Notes under the pieces: model-generated
What the model saw: the letters and a program-made list of their open reading frames with translations, nothing else
What the model was told of the DNA's origin: nothing
Databases searched by the model: none
Shown: piece by piece, positions 11,088-23,900 of the stretch
How the letters are laid out: each line of letters opens with the position of its first letter
Numbering within the stretch: position 1 is the first letter of the stretch
Assembly (NCBI GenBank): GCA_900088475.1
Contig: FLMG01001397.1
Location: 44,158-108,157 of the forward strand
Direction: 5' to 3'
DNA from: Hyphochytrium catenoides
Taxonomy: Eukaryota > Protista > Hyphochytriomycota
DNA: 64,000 bases
Program-made: the position numbers and the translations under genes

Positions 11088-12967
11088 GGTTTCGCACGCA
11101 GTATCAGGCTGACGGAGCCAGTAGCCAACTAGAGATTGGCCTGCGTGCCCCTCTCAGTCAAGCGACGGTCTGCTGGGCCTCTCGATACATGGCACCGAGC
11201 CTCACAAGGCACTATGGTTTATGACACTTGTTGGCTTCACTCGCTTCATAGCGCTGCTTGCTTCCTGCTGCTGCTTGACCGCGGTTCAGAATATTACTGG
11301 TACTACTACAGATATTACAGTAAACATCCCATTTTAGCGTTCTTATCCTGAATAGGTCATCCCTGCATCCCTGCATCATCGTCATCAACACAATCTCCCT
11401 CAAGTGGCTTATCACGTTTTACCATGAAGCTGATGATGGGCTTGGCTCGAGCCCTGACGAAGAGAGAGATCGGGGTTCATCCTCCTCCCTCTGCGGCTGA
11501 CTCGACCTCTGCATTGTTTTCGGCGACGTGAGAGCCTCCTAGACTCTCCTTTTCTCTGCAGATCTATCGGGAGGCGGTGAGAAACAAGAAAGATGGCTGG
11601 CGAGGAAGCTACTGCACGGCCAGGATCATCAGGTAATGCATATGACGAGAGAGGAGAGATAGATAGGACCAGAAAGAAGCGGGAGACATCTAAAGCGGAT
11701 GGTTATAGGTTGCCAGGTGCGGCGGTAGGAGGCGTAGAGTAGGGGCCTGTCCTAGACAGCGGAGAGTATGCAGGGCCTATCTTCTAAGCTACTTCTTCTC
11801 TGTGGGCTCTGTCAAGGAAGACGGTACAGGAGCATGTGCCACTGGTTCCATGGCCGCTACGGTGGAGCCATGCGCACCACAGATTAAGGTGGAGACCTTC
11901 TCGGAAAAGATTGCGGATAAGATCGTCAATATCCAGGTGCAGAGTTCGTCCTGACTCAGAGCATCGAGAGTCCAGTATCTCTTTTATCACTGTCTCGCGT
12001 CTGGATTTGGCCTTCCTGGCTTATGCTCGCGCTCCTATCCCGCCGCTGACGATGCTGATACCTCACTAGATTGCTTGCTTTTTCTGTCCTCGTACCTGCT
12101 GCGGCTCTCTTCAATTCTTGTCTCTCTATCTCCTGAATATCGCTGTTATCCTACTGCATCTATCTTTGTCACCCTCTCACGTCTGTTCCAATACTCTCTT
12201 CTTCTCTCAATCGTCCTACCATTAATCTACGTGCATCAGGTTTACCATTTAGTCGACAGCTACTTCGTCTCACTGGCTTTTCAAGGAGAGAGCTACCGCT
12301 TAGGGTTGGTAACTTCTCCATCTTTACTCTGGCTCTTCCCGGTGTTACAGAGTCTCCAAGAGATAGCGCAGGATAGACTGCTGCTAAGCGCTTCTTCCAA
12401 GCGTTCTCTCGACCTCCATCTCTTCCCTTCCGTGCCATCTGTGCTATTGAATCTATCTGTGGCCCAAGTCTAACAAGTATCTCCTTCCTCTCCCTCTCTC
12501 TCTTGGTGTTCTCATCTGGGGCAGAGTCCTTCACAACGCCTTACTTTCAAGGTTCAGCGATGCACCGCTATGTACTAGTCTTCTGGGCCTAAGCACTGCT
12601 GGCTTTGGTGAGGGACTAGCGAAGAGGCTCGCAAAGAGAACCGGCAAAGTGGTTTTCGTTAGTTGCGACATCCCAGAAGTGCCGGAAAACTTGGTCTTCC
12701 TTCCTGCCATAGAGAAGAGGCTTGTACAGCGCATTCCTGGCCTAAGCACAGAGGCAAGCTCCCAAGAAACAGCGATATAAAATTTTGATTCTCTTTTTAT
12801 CGCCCCTGGTGTGGGGAGGTTTGCATCCCAACGTCACCGCACTGTTCACTAGCACAGCAGATCAAGACGAGAGAAGGACAAATCTGTCGTCTGTGCTCTT
12901 ATGGTCCTCTCCTACCAATACGACCTCTTTGTCTCCCGCACACACTCCCTGCCACCTCTCAAGTCGT

Positions 12968-15361
12968 TCATTGCCGCATAGAGAAATCGCGGTCAGCAGC
13001 AGTCGATCGTGGGACAGCGACAGCCCCAGCGTGTCTGTTGCCACAGGAGACGCTCTGTACGGCAAAGCCTTTCAAGCCTTCCACAATCGTTGGCTGCTGT
13101 TTGTTTTTCTTGTCCTCATGTCCTAGGCAAGTACTACGTCCCTTCCCAAAGGTGTAGAGATCTCCATTGTCTATGTTGAACATTCAAGCATGGGTAAGAG
13201 AGGAAGAGAGAGAGTCGAAAAGAGAAAGTCAGATAGTGAGAAAGGGAGAGCCAGCTGGCGGGTGCAGTAGAGGAGGATATATTGGAGCTCAGACCTGTGA
13301 TCGCTGCTGTGTAGTTTCCTCCACAACTTGTCTGTACCACCTTGTGACCGCGAAGCCCTGTCATCTCGTTTGGCTCCAAGTAGAGCTAAGATTTTGAGGG
13401 GTGAAGGGTCAGGGCGATAGTGAAGTCCGCTTTATGAAGCACCAACAGATCTCTACTGCCTAAAAATAGAGTAGAAGAGTGATGAGTGCTTACCCTCATG
13501 CCCCAGACGTAGAGCTTTCCTTCATCTGACACTGCACTGGCGTGGGAATGCCCCGCAGCTAACGACGTAACTGTGATCCCTATCGCGGAAGAACGGTCGC
13601 CAAAAAAGTGTAAAAGTTAGAAGTTAGAGGAGCCTGAGAGGTGTGCAAGCAGGACCTTTCCGTCATTTGACGGAGGGGCGGACGCTAACATGGTTCGGAC
13701 CTTCAAACTTTTCAATCGTCCGTGGGTAGTTCTCCATGCTGTACACATCCATGGACAACCCCCCGCCTAGTCCTAGTTGACCCTCTGCATAGTGAGAAGT
13801 TTGAGAAGAGTGAGAGTGAGAGAACAACGTGAGGAAATCATGCAGCCAATGACTTGTGTACAAGTAGTGAATTGCTCACGGTCATTTCTTCCCCAGCAGT
13901 AAACTGCACCGTCCTCAGTCAACGCTAAGGTGAAGGCGTGTCCAACTGCAATCTATAAAAGCAGAACGTTGAAAAATTGTTATGTATGTGCTGTTGGTAC
14001 GACTCAACAGAGAATGCCTAGAGGATGCTCGAGCGCTACCTGCGAAACCGACGTCTGCTCAAAGAATTCCAAGGGTTCGGGTTCTAATGCGTGGGCGCTG
14101 CCTCCATTTCCGAGCCGACCATACTCGCCATTGCCCCAGCACCACACTTCACCATTATCTGAGAGTGCCACAGTGTGCATCTCCCCGCAACCTACTGACT
14201 TTACTCTTACATTGTAGGACTGGAGTTAAGGAGAAGCCACAGACTAGTGAAGGTACATTTCTTCAGACAGAAGAACGCGCAGAGCGTGATTCAAGCACTA
14301 AAAAAAGACAAGAGTCAGAGGTATTGCTGCAGTCAGACAGGATCTAAAACGGAATATACTGACAAGCGATTTAACCGACGGAGATCCTCGTCGTCCTGTG
14401 TTAATCAACCACAAAAATGCTAAAGAAACGCTGTGAAGACTTGACAAAGAGACGAGATGAGGAAGGAACATGAGGGCTGAAGTTAAGAAGGATATCTCTT
14501 CCTCCAGTACTCGAACAAGCTGCGGTGTGTGCTGATCACTCTTGTTGCCCAAACCCAAACCTCCAGGACCTAGAAGCATATGCGAGATCGTGGCAGAAAG
14601 TTACTTTTCAGTTTAGCGCGACAAAGATGGACGACTCATCACCTGAGAAGAGAGAGCCGCCCCAGCCCCAGGTGAAGACGCGGCCATGGCTATCCAGCGC
14701 CGCTGTATGATACTCGCCACAGTGAAGACATGTGGTTAAGGAACGACTCGAAGGAAACAAGGCGGACAAAGTAGACAGATGACCATGCACAAGTGAAAAG
14801 ATAGCGGTCGGAGCAGGATATGTGAACTTGTTTGATCTGCACGTCCTGAAGAGCCTCCACTAACTTGGGCTTATTCACAAGCATATCTTCTGCTGTGCCG
14901 TGGCCTAGCTTGCCGTACTTATTGCTGCCCCAGGTCCAGAGTCTGCCATCTTCACTGACTATGAAGAGAAGAATGAGTCTATGCACTCGACATGATAAGA
15001 GTGGAGATTGACGTCATACCCGCCGCTGAATGAGTGAAGCCTGCGGAAATCTGACAAATGTTCAGGTTCTCAAGCGTCTCTACTTCCTTTGGTAATAGAT
15101 TCTCGAACGTGTTGCGGATGCCGGACTTCTCGACGTGTCCTAGGCCAAGCTGTCCATCATCACCGGTACCCCACATGAAGACTGCGGAATTGCAGTCAGC
15201 CCGTTGGACGACATACTCAAGGCTCACATCGTTAACCTTAGCTCACCTGAACGAGGCGCGTTCTGAGAACTGGAAGAGGAGAAGGAGCGCACTTCGACTG
15301 CAAACAAGCCGGGCCTCTGACTTGGTCGGGGCCGTGCAGCCCTCGCTAGCCTTCCCAACAT
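12968..15361 (-). CDS. RCC1-repeat beta-propeller protein with predicted mitochondrial presequence
   Basis: Multi-exon gene with repeated RCC1 units: VFMWGTGDDGQLGLG, ISAGFTHSAA, LWTWGSNKYGKLGHG, GEYHTAALDSHGRVFTWGWGG, SVGCGEMHTVALSDNGEVWCWGNGEYGRLGNG, TSCGGNYTAAIT, LYTFGKGRSTCLGH, VSCGNRHAGAV. Exon 1 (15361-15247) encodes MLGRLARAARPRPSQRPGLFAVEVRSFSSSSSQNAPRS. Confidence 0.9.
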
Positions 15362-16307
15362 ACTCTTCTCTCAGGCCCACTACAGTGGATGATCGATACT
15401 GCCAGTTATAAGAGAGCCCTATCCCTCAGGAGCCCAGCACAAGTTGGCCACGCTTGTTTCTTTAAATCACGATGAACTTCCTTGGAACTCTAACTGCCAA
15501 CGTATACCTCCCTCGACTAAAGGCCTTTAGTAGGGCTCACAGAAGGAAGACGAAGCTCATATTCCAGACATCTTCAGAAGATCTTCATCTGTCAGCGCTG
15601 CTGCAGTTTGGAGCCATTCGCAGCATCATATTCTCCTCCTTTTTCCGGTAACCGGGCTTTGTAGATCAAGCTTAGCAAATATCAGTAATCAGATTGTAGT
15701 AACTGAATAATATCGTGACAAGTGTCCTTTGAAAACGCAGATTTCAAAAATCTGGCTTCAACTCCTCCATAATCTCCGGAGAGCACCGATGAGAGAGATT
15801 GAAGAAGAGCGATGGATCTGGAGGACTCAACATCGCTCCTGTCATAACCTTATGATGGGCGCTTCGTCCTAAAGGTGCACAGTCCGATAGCGTTGTCTAC
15901 ACAGGGCAAGGCACTGTGCACTTCTCCTAGTTACCAGGTCGTAGTGGTGCCTTGGTACCTTACACATACGTTACTTACCTTGGGTTGTGAGCGGCCAAGG
16001 CACTGAGTAGGCCGATCGCCAACTGCTGGGCAGCAGAGCAGCTATATGTTACCATAGTCATGGCGTCTTGATCTCAGCTAAGCTCGTAAGAAGACAGGGC
16101 GAAGCATCACATTTAAAACCACAGAGAAAAACAGCAGCAACTCCCCGATAAAGAACACCATTTGGGGGGAGATAAAATTACTGGACATGCTCCTCGACCC
16201 TTCTACCTAGCGGTTCAAGCTCGTGACCCTAATCTGGTTGCCAAGATAAGTGCATTTGTCACGTCTAGTCGCTGGTCCCAGTGGCTCGAGCACTCACGAG
16301 AGGCAAG

Positions 16308-18077
16308 ATGAGTTCAATTAAGCTCAGTAAAGACGTCGAGGAGCTTCTGAAGAGACATGAGCCCTCGCTAGAGCGTACCTTCCGTGGCCACCGAGAGAGC
16401 ATTCTCAGCCTTTCTTTTCGACCCAGCATGCAGCAGCTGGCGTCATCTTCTTCTGATGGCTCCATCATGGTTTGGAACTTTCAGCCACAACAGCGAGCGT
16501 TAAGGTACGCCGCTCACTCTGCGGCAGTGCATGAGGTAGGTGCCAAGTGAAAAGCAGCAATGTTAAGACCACTTATTCTAAAGAGTGGATGCTGCAAACT
16601 CAAAGTTCAAACCGACCTAAAGGAGGGTCCTAGAACTTGAGATTCGGCTGCAAAGACAACCTCTTCCGCTTCGTTTGACACAGTTCTTGCCCTACCTTGC
16701 CTTTCAATGTACAGGTCTCCTGGTCTCCCCAAGGTGACATGTTCGCCTCGGTATCACATGACCAGACCATCAAGGTGTGGCGGCCCACTGTGAAGGGAGA
16801 GCACTTTACTATCAAAGCTCACGCAGGTAGGGTAGTACAATTTCTTTGCTAAAACTATGTATTTCTTCGTTCATTAATGGTCTGCTTGCTGCTGTGTGGA
16901 CCCAGGACCCATCAGATCTGTCGGGTTCAATGCCACAGGGGACGAGATTGTGACGGCTTCTGACGACAAGTCCGTCAAGATATTCTCAATGCCAATGGGC
17001 ACATTTAAAACAACGCTTCGGGGTCATTCTAACTGGGTCCGATCGGCTAGATTTTCTCCGGACGGCACTCAGGTAGTGAGCGGCGGGGACGACAAGACTG
17101 TGAAGCTGTGGGACAAGGCAACTCAGAGCTGCCTCCGGACATACTTCGATCAATCTTCCTCAATCACTAGTGTAGGCTTCCATCCACAGGGTGTGGCAGT
17201 AGCGGCTGGTGGGATGGATAAGTGCATTAATCTATGGGATGCTCGCTCGGACCGGCTTGTCCAGCACTACCAAGCACACCAAGAAGAGGTCACAAGCATC
17301 GCATTCCATCCATCTGGCGGATACATCGTCTCTACCTCTGGAGATGCCACAGTCAAAATTTGGGATTTGAGAGAAGGGCGTCTCATCTACACGCTCTATG
17401 GGCACACTGGTCCAACCTTCGCCGCCACCTTCTCACCATGCGGTCAGTGGTTGGCTACCGGTGGTGCAGATAAAATCGTTATGACGTGGGATGCGAAGTT
17501 AGGAAAAGAAGCGCTTTCAAGGGAAGTGGCGGAAGAGGAGCTAAGTAAATCCTTGCAGAAAGAGTCAGGCCTTGGCCATGGTGAGAGAAGTGCGGCGCGT
17601 GGTGCCGCTTATGCTCTGGAGCGATTTGAAGAGAGCAGCATTCGCCGGCCTCGTGCTCCCGTGCCAGCCTCAAAGCTGCTGCCTTCACAAGCCAAGAAAA
17701 CTTTTGCGCCAGGCCCTTCCCTTTCATTTTCTCGCCCCACACATCCATCTATGCCTTCTAACCTACGGGCAGTTCAACCTCAATCACGAACGTCAACAAA
17801 CAACCTCCCTGCCGCTAAACCCCAGGCTGAGAGTAGGAGGAGTATAGGTCGTTCCTCAAGGACCCAATCTCACGTGCAGCAAGCCGCTGAGATCGAACAG
17901 GTCCAAGGCAACGGCAGGGGAGAGACTGAGGCCATTGCTGCTACTTTGGAACACGTAGTTGGACAGCTGGATATCATTACTCGCACCTTATCTATCTTAG
18001 AGGAGAGGTTGACGATGACTGAAGATAAGGTTGCCCTTCTCGCTCAGGCCAGAGAGGAACACGCTAAAGCCGAGTGA
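16308..18077 (+). CDS. POC1: Centriolar WD40 protein POC1
   Basis: Three exons (about 16308-16535, 16714-16826, 16906-18077). N-terminal PSLERTFRGH...LASSSSDGSIMVWNFQPQQRA, seven WD40 repeats (LRGHSNWVRSARFSPDG, LVQHYQAH, WDLREGRLIYTLYGH), and the C-terminal POC1 coiled-coil motif TLEHVVGQLDIITRTLSILEERLTMTEDKV. Confidence 0.95.
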
Positions 18078-18259
18078 TGGTCGTCTCTACTGGCAGTTGA
18101 CGGGATACAGCTTGTGAAACTTACTGCTAAATACCAGGCACTCCATGCTACATCTCATGAACTGGCGAGTCCGCAAGGCGTCGCTTGGCGCGAAAGAGCG
18201 CAGCCAGCGCTTTATAATAGATTAAGTTAGGAGAGCTGTAAAGTGTGGAATAAATGAAC

Positions 18260-18914
18260 CTAGCTCTCAGCTTTAGCCTTAAGCTCGTACCAAGAGACGG
18301 CAACCTTTTTCGTTAGCGAGAGGATCACCTTGTCTGCCTTCCTGCGGAGCTTGACGTCTTCCACTTCGTCGTGTGGCTTGAAGCTTAGCAACAGGGTTTG
18401 ACTATCATAGTTGTGCACTTTCAGAGAGAGGGATGTTGGAGACCAGTCGAGCTCAAGTTGGTCCTCAGCAAGAGCCTCAATGCCTTCAAGCGGTATATAG
18501 ATGGTAACTTTTTTCTCGCCATCCGCCCAGGAGTACTTTGTGATGGCTTTTAGAGCTGGACGGTTGCTTGTGTCGGTTATGACCGTCTTACGGAGGAGCT
18601 TGGGAGCCTCCTGACCGTCCCACTTGTAGGTATAAACTCCTAGGACAACGCATTGTTAGACCATTGCCCAGAAGATGGTACGAAAGCATAAAGGCTAGCC
18701 TGGGTGGATAGAGTGCTGTCCCTGCCCACTAACCTTCAACATCTCTGGGTGCGTGTGCATAATAATAGCTATTCTTTCCCTTGGACTGAATGTTATGATG
18801 CAGAGCACTTGCGTTTGACTGGTTCGCTACGTCCTCATCCGGGGAAGGACCATCTCCCTCCGTCAGAGCACTAGCAGGCTCACTGACTATGGGCCCCTCA
18901 TCTGCATCTGCCAT
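18260..18914 (-). CDS. CS (p23/SGT1/CacyBP-like HSP20-fold) domain protein, ~186 aa
   Basis: Exons 18914-18734 and 18639-18260 (561 nt). C-terminal ITKYSWADGEKKVTIYIPLEGI...WSPTSLSLKV...KADKVILSLTKKVAVSWYELK fits the CS-domain pattern (YxW...V.I....L.K.....W..L). Confidence 0.85.
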
Positions 18915-20990
18915 GGGTCAGGCTCTTTTGTAAGGCTCCGGTCTCTTTGATGTCTGGTCTCTTCCGAGTGCAGGTAGACCTCCTCAAACTCTCCGGGAGA
19001 CGGGCGGAAGGCAGAGAGAAAGGGTGTGGGCCAGCTGGAGGGGACTCGAACTAGGCTACTCCCTTGGGAAGACTGAAGACTGAGAGCCAAGCCAGAGATG
19101 CTGGTGCGCTGGCTCTGCATAGGTGTTCTGGGGCCTAGCCTCTGCTGCCTCGAGTCGCTCAGCTTCAGGTCACTTGCCAACAGCCATCACTTGCATCACA
19201 ACTGACCCCTTGAAAAAGTGTATCTGATATAAAGTATCTCCTTTTCCCCTACATGACCCTATTAGAGGAGGCGCCTTCGAGAACCAGATAGAAGTTGGAG
19301 ATCCTGCTCTCGTGCGTCGTCCTGCTGCACCAGTTCCGGCGGCTGATGGAATGACAGATGTTGATTGACCAGCGGGCGAGAGGACAGGGCGGGGAAAGGG
19401 CGTGACGGAAGGGATTAGTACGTCCTCGTGTATCCGAAAGCCTTGCAAGATGGGGCGCTCCTTGCGTCGGTTGCTAAGTTCTCGTTCGAAGCCGCTAGGC
19501 GGGACCGCCGCCAGCAGGAAAGGAGCAATGGGGCAAGGTTCAAAAGAGTTACAATGGCCCCTTTGTTGGCTTCCCCTCCTTCTTGCCCTGCTGAGAGCCG
19601 CAGAGGTTCACATCATGATCGCTCATTCACATTGAAAGGTCTACCGGCTAGTATGATCACACCTACACATACTACTACGAAGCGGCGGGTATGTTAGCTA
19701 GTTGGGATTCAGTGATTCAGTCACGTACTCTTCACCTCAGGTTTAAACCATCTACTCAAAACTGTCAAGCAATCCCTGCCGCCCTCAAAGCTTCAAGATG
19801 GAAAGCACATTTCCTAAGGGGACAGACAACCCGATAGATGCCTTTAAACTACAAACACTACTAGGTTAAGTCTCCGTTTCTGGTCCCGACCTCTCCTCCT
19901 ATCAGCTAGCCTACGATGGGTAGCGAATCCTGAGACAGCTCTAGAGTTCCGTCAGAGTAGGAAGAAAGACTCTTCGGAATGTCTTACATAATAGCTGACT
20001 GAGACTGTTGAGGTGGCGTCTGCTCTTTGTATTTCGCAACTACTACTAGGTAGACAGTAGGGTAGGGGCGACGGCTATTTCCGCCATGGCCAAATGCACC
20101 TAAGAATCCTTGACTTACTAAGGACAGGTGCTTCCCCGGTATGCTAATCGGTGCTCGGACCACCTTCAAGTTTACCTCGTAGGCAGCCTGTCAATAGGCA
20201 ATAGGAAGAGTACCTCATCATCATCGCTTACGGGAGACGATATGACAGAAAGAGGGACAAGCGTGCGCTAGCTCGACTCCGTACTGCTGAGGCTAAGCAT
20301 AGGAGACCTGAGCTCAAAGGCTCCTATTAGTTAGTGGTGATCTGAAGCTTTGCTAGAGCTCTGGAACCAAGAGGCGAGCGCCGGATGATGACGAAAAGCT
20401 CTGAAAAAGAGAGAAAGCGGCAGCAGCTGATTCCCTCCAAACCTTCCACCGCCCGCGACGAAACAATCAACCTTGAATCCTACAAGCATGAAACCTTTCA
20501 CATGGCCGCTGTACATTAGTAAGATGGACTCTCCTCAATAGTTTCCGAAACGAAGCTTTGGTTTCAAAAGCATGAAAATCTCTGACGAATGAAGGGCTTT
20601 GCCGTCTCCATCACGAGCTTCATCATCAATAAACGCCTCCCAGCAGCACAGCAGAAGGAGCCGCAATGATCTTCATCTGTAGGCTCTGTTTCCAAGGAAT
20701 AGGTAGTGCTAGCATTAAATTCTGGCCCTTGGATTGAGCTCCTGATAGCTATACCGTCTGCTCCTGTTAAAGCTTTCAGGGACTGGATACATATTCGTAT
20801 GGAAGACTGCTTGGATCCTCCTGCTGGATAATAACCTATCGCGGATGATGGCGCTAGCCCAGGGACTGCGTTTGCTCTGGTCAACAGCAGCAGTTTGTCC
20901 TATCCTAGCTCAAGAAGCCATCCTCTAGACTCTGCCAACTTTTAGCGAGTTTAGTACGCTGGCGCCCAAGGCCAAGGCCGGGTTGCCAGG

Positions 20991-23900
20991 ATGAACTTCT
21001 CTTCCGCCGCTCAGAGGCTGCTACAGCCCGATCTCTCAATCGACAAGCGGTATGATCCTTTTGGCTCTAGTTTACCTCGCTTCGCATGGCTCCGAGCTGA
21101 CATTGCTATCTTTACAGGCTCCAGGTAGCAACAGACATCAGGGAACGGATTGAGATAGTGTACACATCGGAGTTCAGCAACTTTCTTAAGAGTCTGTTCC
21201 CCGTTTTCAAGCAGATTCTGCGGATTTCCATATCCCCACAGTTCAAGGAAGGAAACGAACAGAAGCTAAGGAATGTCCTCCTGGAGATCCTGAACCGGCT
21301 GCCTAATAATGACTTGCTTAAGCCCTACGTCCTGGAGCTGCTTAAGCTCTCGATGGAAGTACTAGCGAAGGATAACGAAGAGAACGCACTGATCTGTCTT
21401 CGAATAATCTTTGACTTGCACAAGAACTACCGTCCTTCTCTGGAGTCTGAGGTACAGCCCTTTTTGGATCTTGTGCTGATGATGTACAAGAACCTGCAGA
21501 ATACTGTGCGCAGCGTCTTCGCACCCTCTTCGGGCTCCATCAGCACATCCACCGCGTCCAGCATCTCAGATGCACTGCCAAAGCCTCCGGCAGCCACTCT
21601 CACAGCCGGTAGGCCTGCTTCCTCCATGACCTCGACCTCTTCGCTACCTACAGCTCCGGGCAACACTGGTGGAGCCGCGTCAGGACCCAGTACACTACAT
21701 ATGGGCATAACCACTCCAGGAGGTTCGAAAGCGGCAAGCGCTGTTGGCTCTCTGGGTACAGCGAGCCAGGATTCTGCGACCTCTTCCCTAGGATCTGGGG
21801 AGGGCTCGGGTGAACTTCTCGCCAAAAGCACACAGTCCTTTAAAGTACTAACAGAATGCCCCCTCATCGTGATGCTCCTCTTCCAACTCTACCCGCGGTA
21901 CATCCAGAGCAACATCCCATCACTTATCCCGTCCATGATGCAAGCACTTTCGCTGCGGGCACCCTCTGCAGCTGAGAAGCTCCAGAAGGCGCGATACTCG
22001 GAGTTCTTGGCATGCCAAGTGAAGACGCTGTCATTTTTGACTTATCTACTCCGAGGATTTACAGATTTCATGCGGCCTTATGAGGAGCAAATCAGCAACT
22101 CCGTTATCCAGTTGCTCATGGCTTGCCCGGCAGAAGCTGTCGCTACCAGGAAGGAGCTGTTGGTAGCAACCCGTCACATCCTTGCAACGGATTTTCGCAA
22201 GGGCTTCTTCAATCAGGTGGACCTGTTACTTGATGAGAAAGTTCTTATTGGGCAAGGTCGGGCGAGCCATGAAGTCCTACGCCCTCTGGCATACTCTACG
22301 CTGGCTGACCTGGTTCATCACGTCCGTTCTAAGTTGAGTTTGGCACAGCTTTCACGGATCATATACCTCTTTTCCAGAAATATTCATGACCCTTCGCTGC
22401 CGATTAGCATTCAGACAACGTCAGTTCGCCTGCTCCTCAACCTGGTAGATTTTATCTTCCATAACAACGAGCCTGACCCTATCAAGGGCCGGGTGCTGCT
22501 AGTGCGTATCCTGAGGACGCTGGTAAACAAGTTTTCGACCCTTCGGCAATACATTCCTAAGGTGCTGCAGGCGGAAGAAGAGCGAGCAAAGGACGCCGAG
22601 ATGCCGAACCTCGTGTCGGCGCCCTCGTTGGCAGCTTCTGTGGCTCCAAATCGAGAGCGCGCCATCAGAAGAGTGGTACATGGACCACCAGAGGTGTTGG
22701 ACAGTGTAAGGGATGTGAAAGCGTTGATGAAAACCATGATTCTTGGCCTGAAGACCGTTATTTGGTGCGTCGGAAACTATCGACTCTCACAAGATGGGAG
22801 AAAGAGTGCTGCTGGCTCCCTATCGGGGGAGGCCGATAACTCTCCTGACAAAACGAAACTGACAGTTAGTGAAGAAGAGAGGAGAATGATAGCAAAGTTT
22901 CTGAAGTGTGCACTGTCTTGCTGCATGATCTACCGCCATCGGGTGAGCCAGAACCAACAGGAAGAGAAAGAAGTGCTGGACCACTTTGCTGGAGCTTTCA
23001 CTGTTCTGGAGGCTCCAGTCTTTAGAGACGTCTTCGGTCAGAATATAAATATACTCTTCCATGAGGTATGTAGGACATCTGCATTGTTGGAAGACGGCTC
23101 TAGGGTAGTACTAGAGAGCAGCTATGGGAGTAAGGAAGAAAGGAACTGAGGGAAGTGAGACGCTGAGATGCTTGAGCAACGGTGCAAAGCCTCTGGCAGG
23201 CAGTAGAGATGTGACCTCAGAGTGCATCAGATCCTAATGTTTACTCTCTCGTCTCTTTCGTTACAGATTGTGCGAGACTCCGCAATGTTAACGATACCAC
23301 AGCATTTTCTGGCCAATTCCAGCGTCAGTGCGTGCTTTGCAGAGCTGCTCTTGGCCTTCCTTGTCAAAAACATGGATAAGTTGGATGGCTTACACACCAT
23401 GGCGTCTGGCACTGCCGCGGCCGCTAACGGGGCAGGTGGCAATGGCAAGCCCTCTGGCGGTGAGCAGGAAAGCGTGGCACAGGGCTTCAATGTAGAAGCT
23501 GCGGTAGCCACCGGTGTAGAGAGCCCAAGACCTTCCTCTGCTGGCATCTCTGACTTACCCTCAAGTCCTCGCCCAGCTGCTCTGATGTCTTCTGCCCCCA
23601 TTACGCTTGGTCAGGATGAGGCGGCAACTGTCCTTCGCCTGTTCAAGATCGTATTTGGCTCTGTAACGCTAATCCCTGAGAATGAGAGCGTGTTGCGGCC
23701 CTTTCTCCAGAAAATTGTGATGAAGTGCATGAAGTACGCCTCAGAAAGCAAGGAGCCGATCAATCTTTATTTTCTTCTTCGTGCACTGTTTCGTTCAATA
23801 TCTGGAGGCAAGTACGATACGCTCTACAAAGAGTTCCAGCCTCTACTGCCCAACCTGCTGCCCCGGCTTGTACGCCTGCAGGAATATACCGAAGACGATG

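Noticed and set aside
12169-12749. Two abutting minus-strand ORFs suggesting a frameshifted gene
   Set aside because: No recognisable domain and no convincing splice model.
15972-15983. TACTTACCT resembling the 5' end of U1 snRNA
   Set aside because: No U1 stem-loop I/II loop motifs or Sm site follow; better read as a minus-strand donor-like sequence.
18915-20990. Several 60-106 aa ORFs between the CS gene and TRRAP
   Set aside because: No motifs, and the ORFs overlap on both strands; treated as divergent promoter/UTR DNA.
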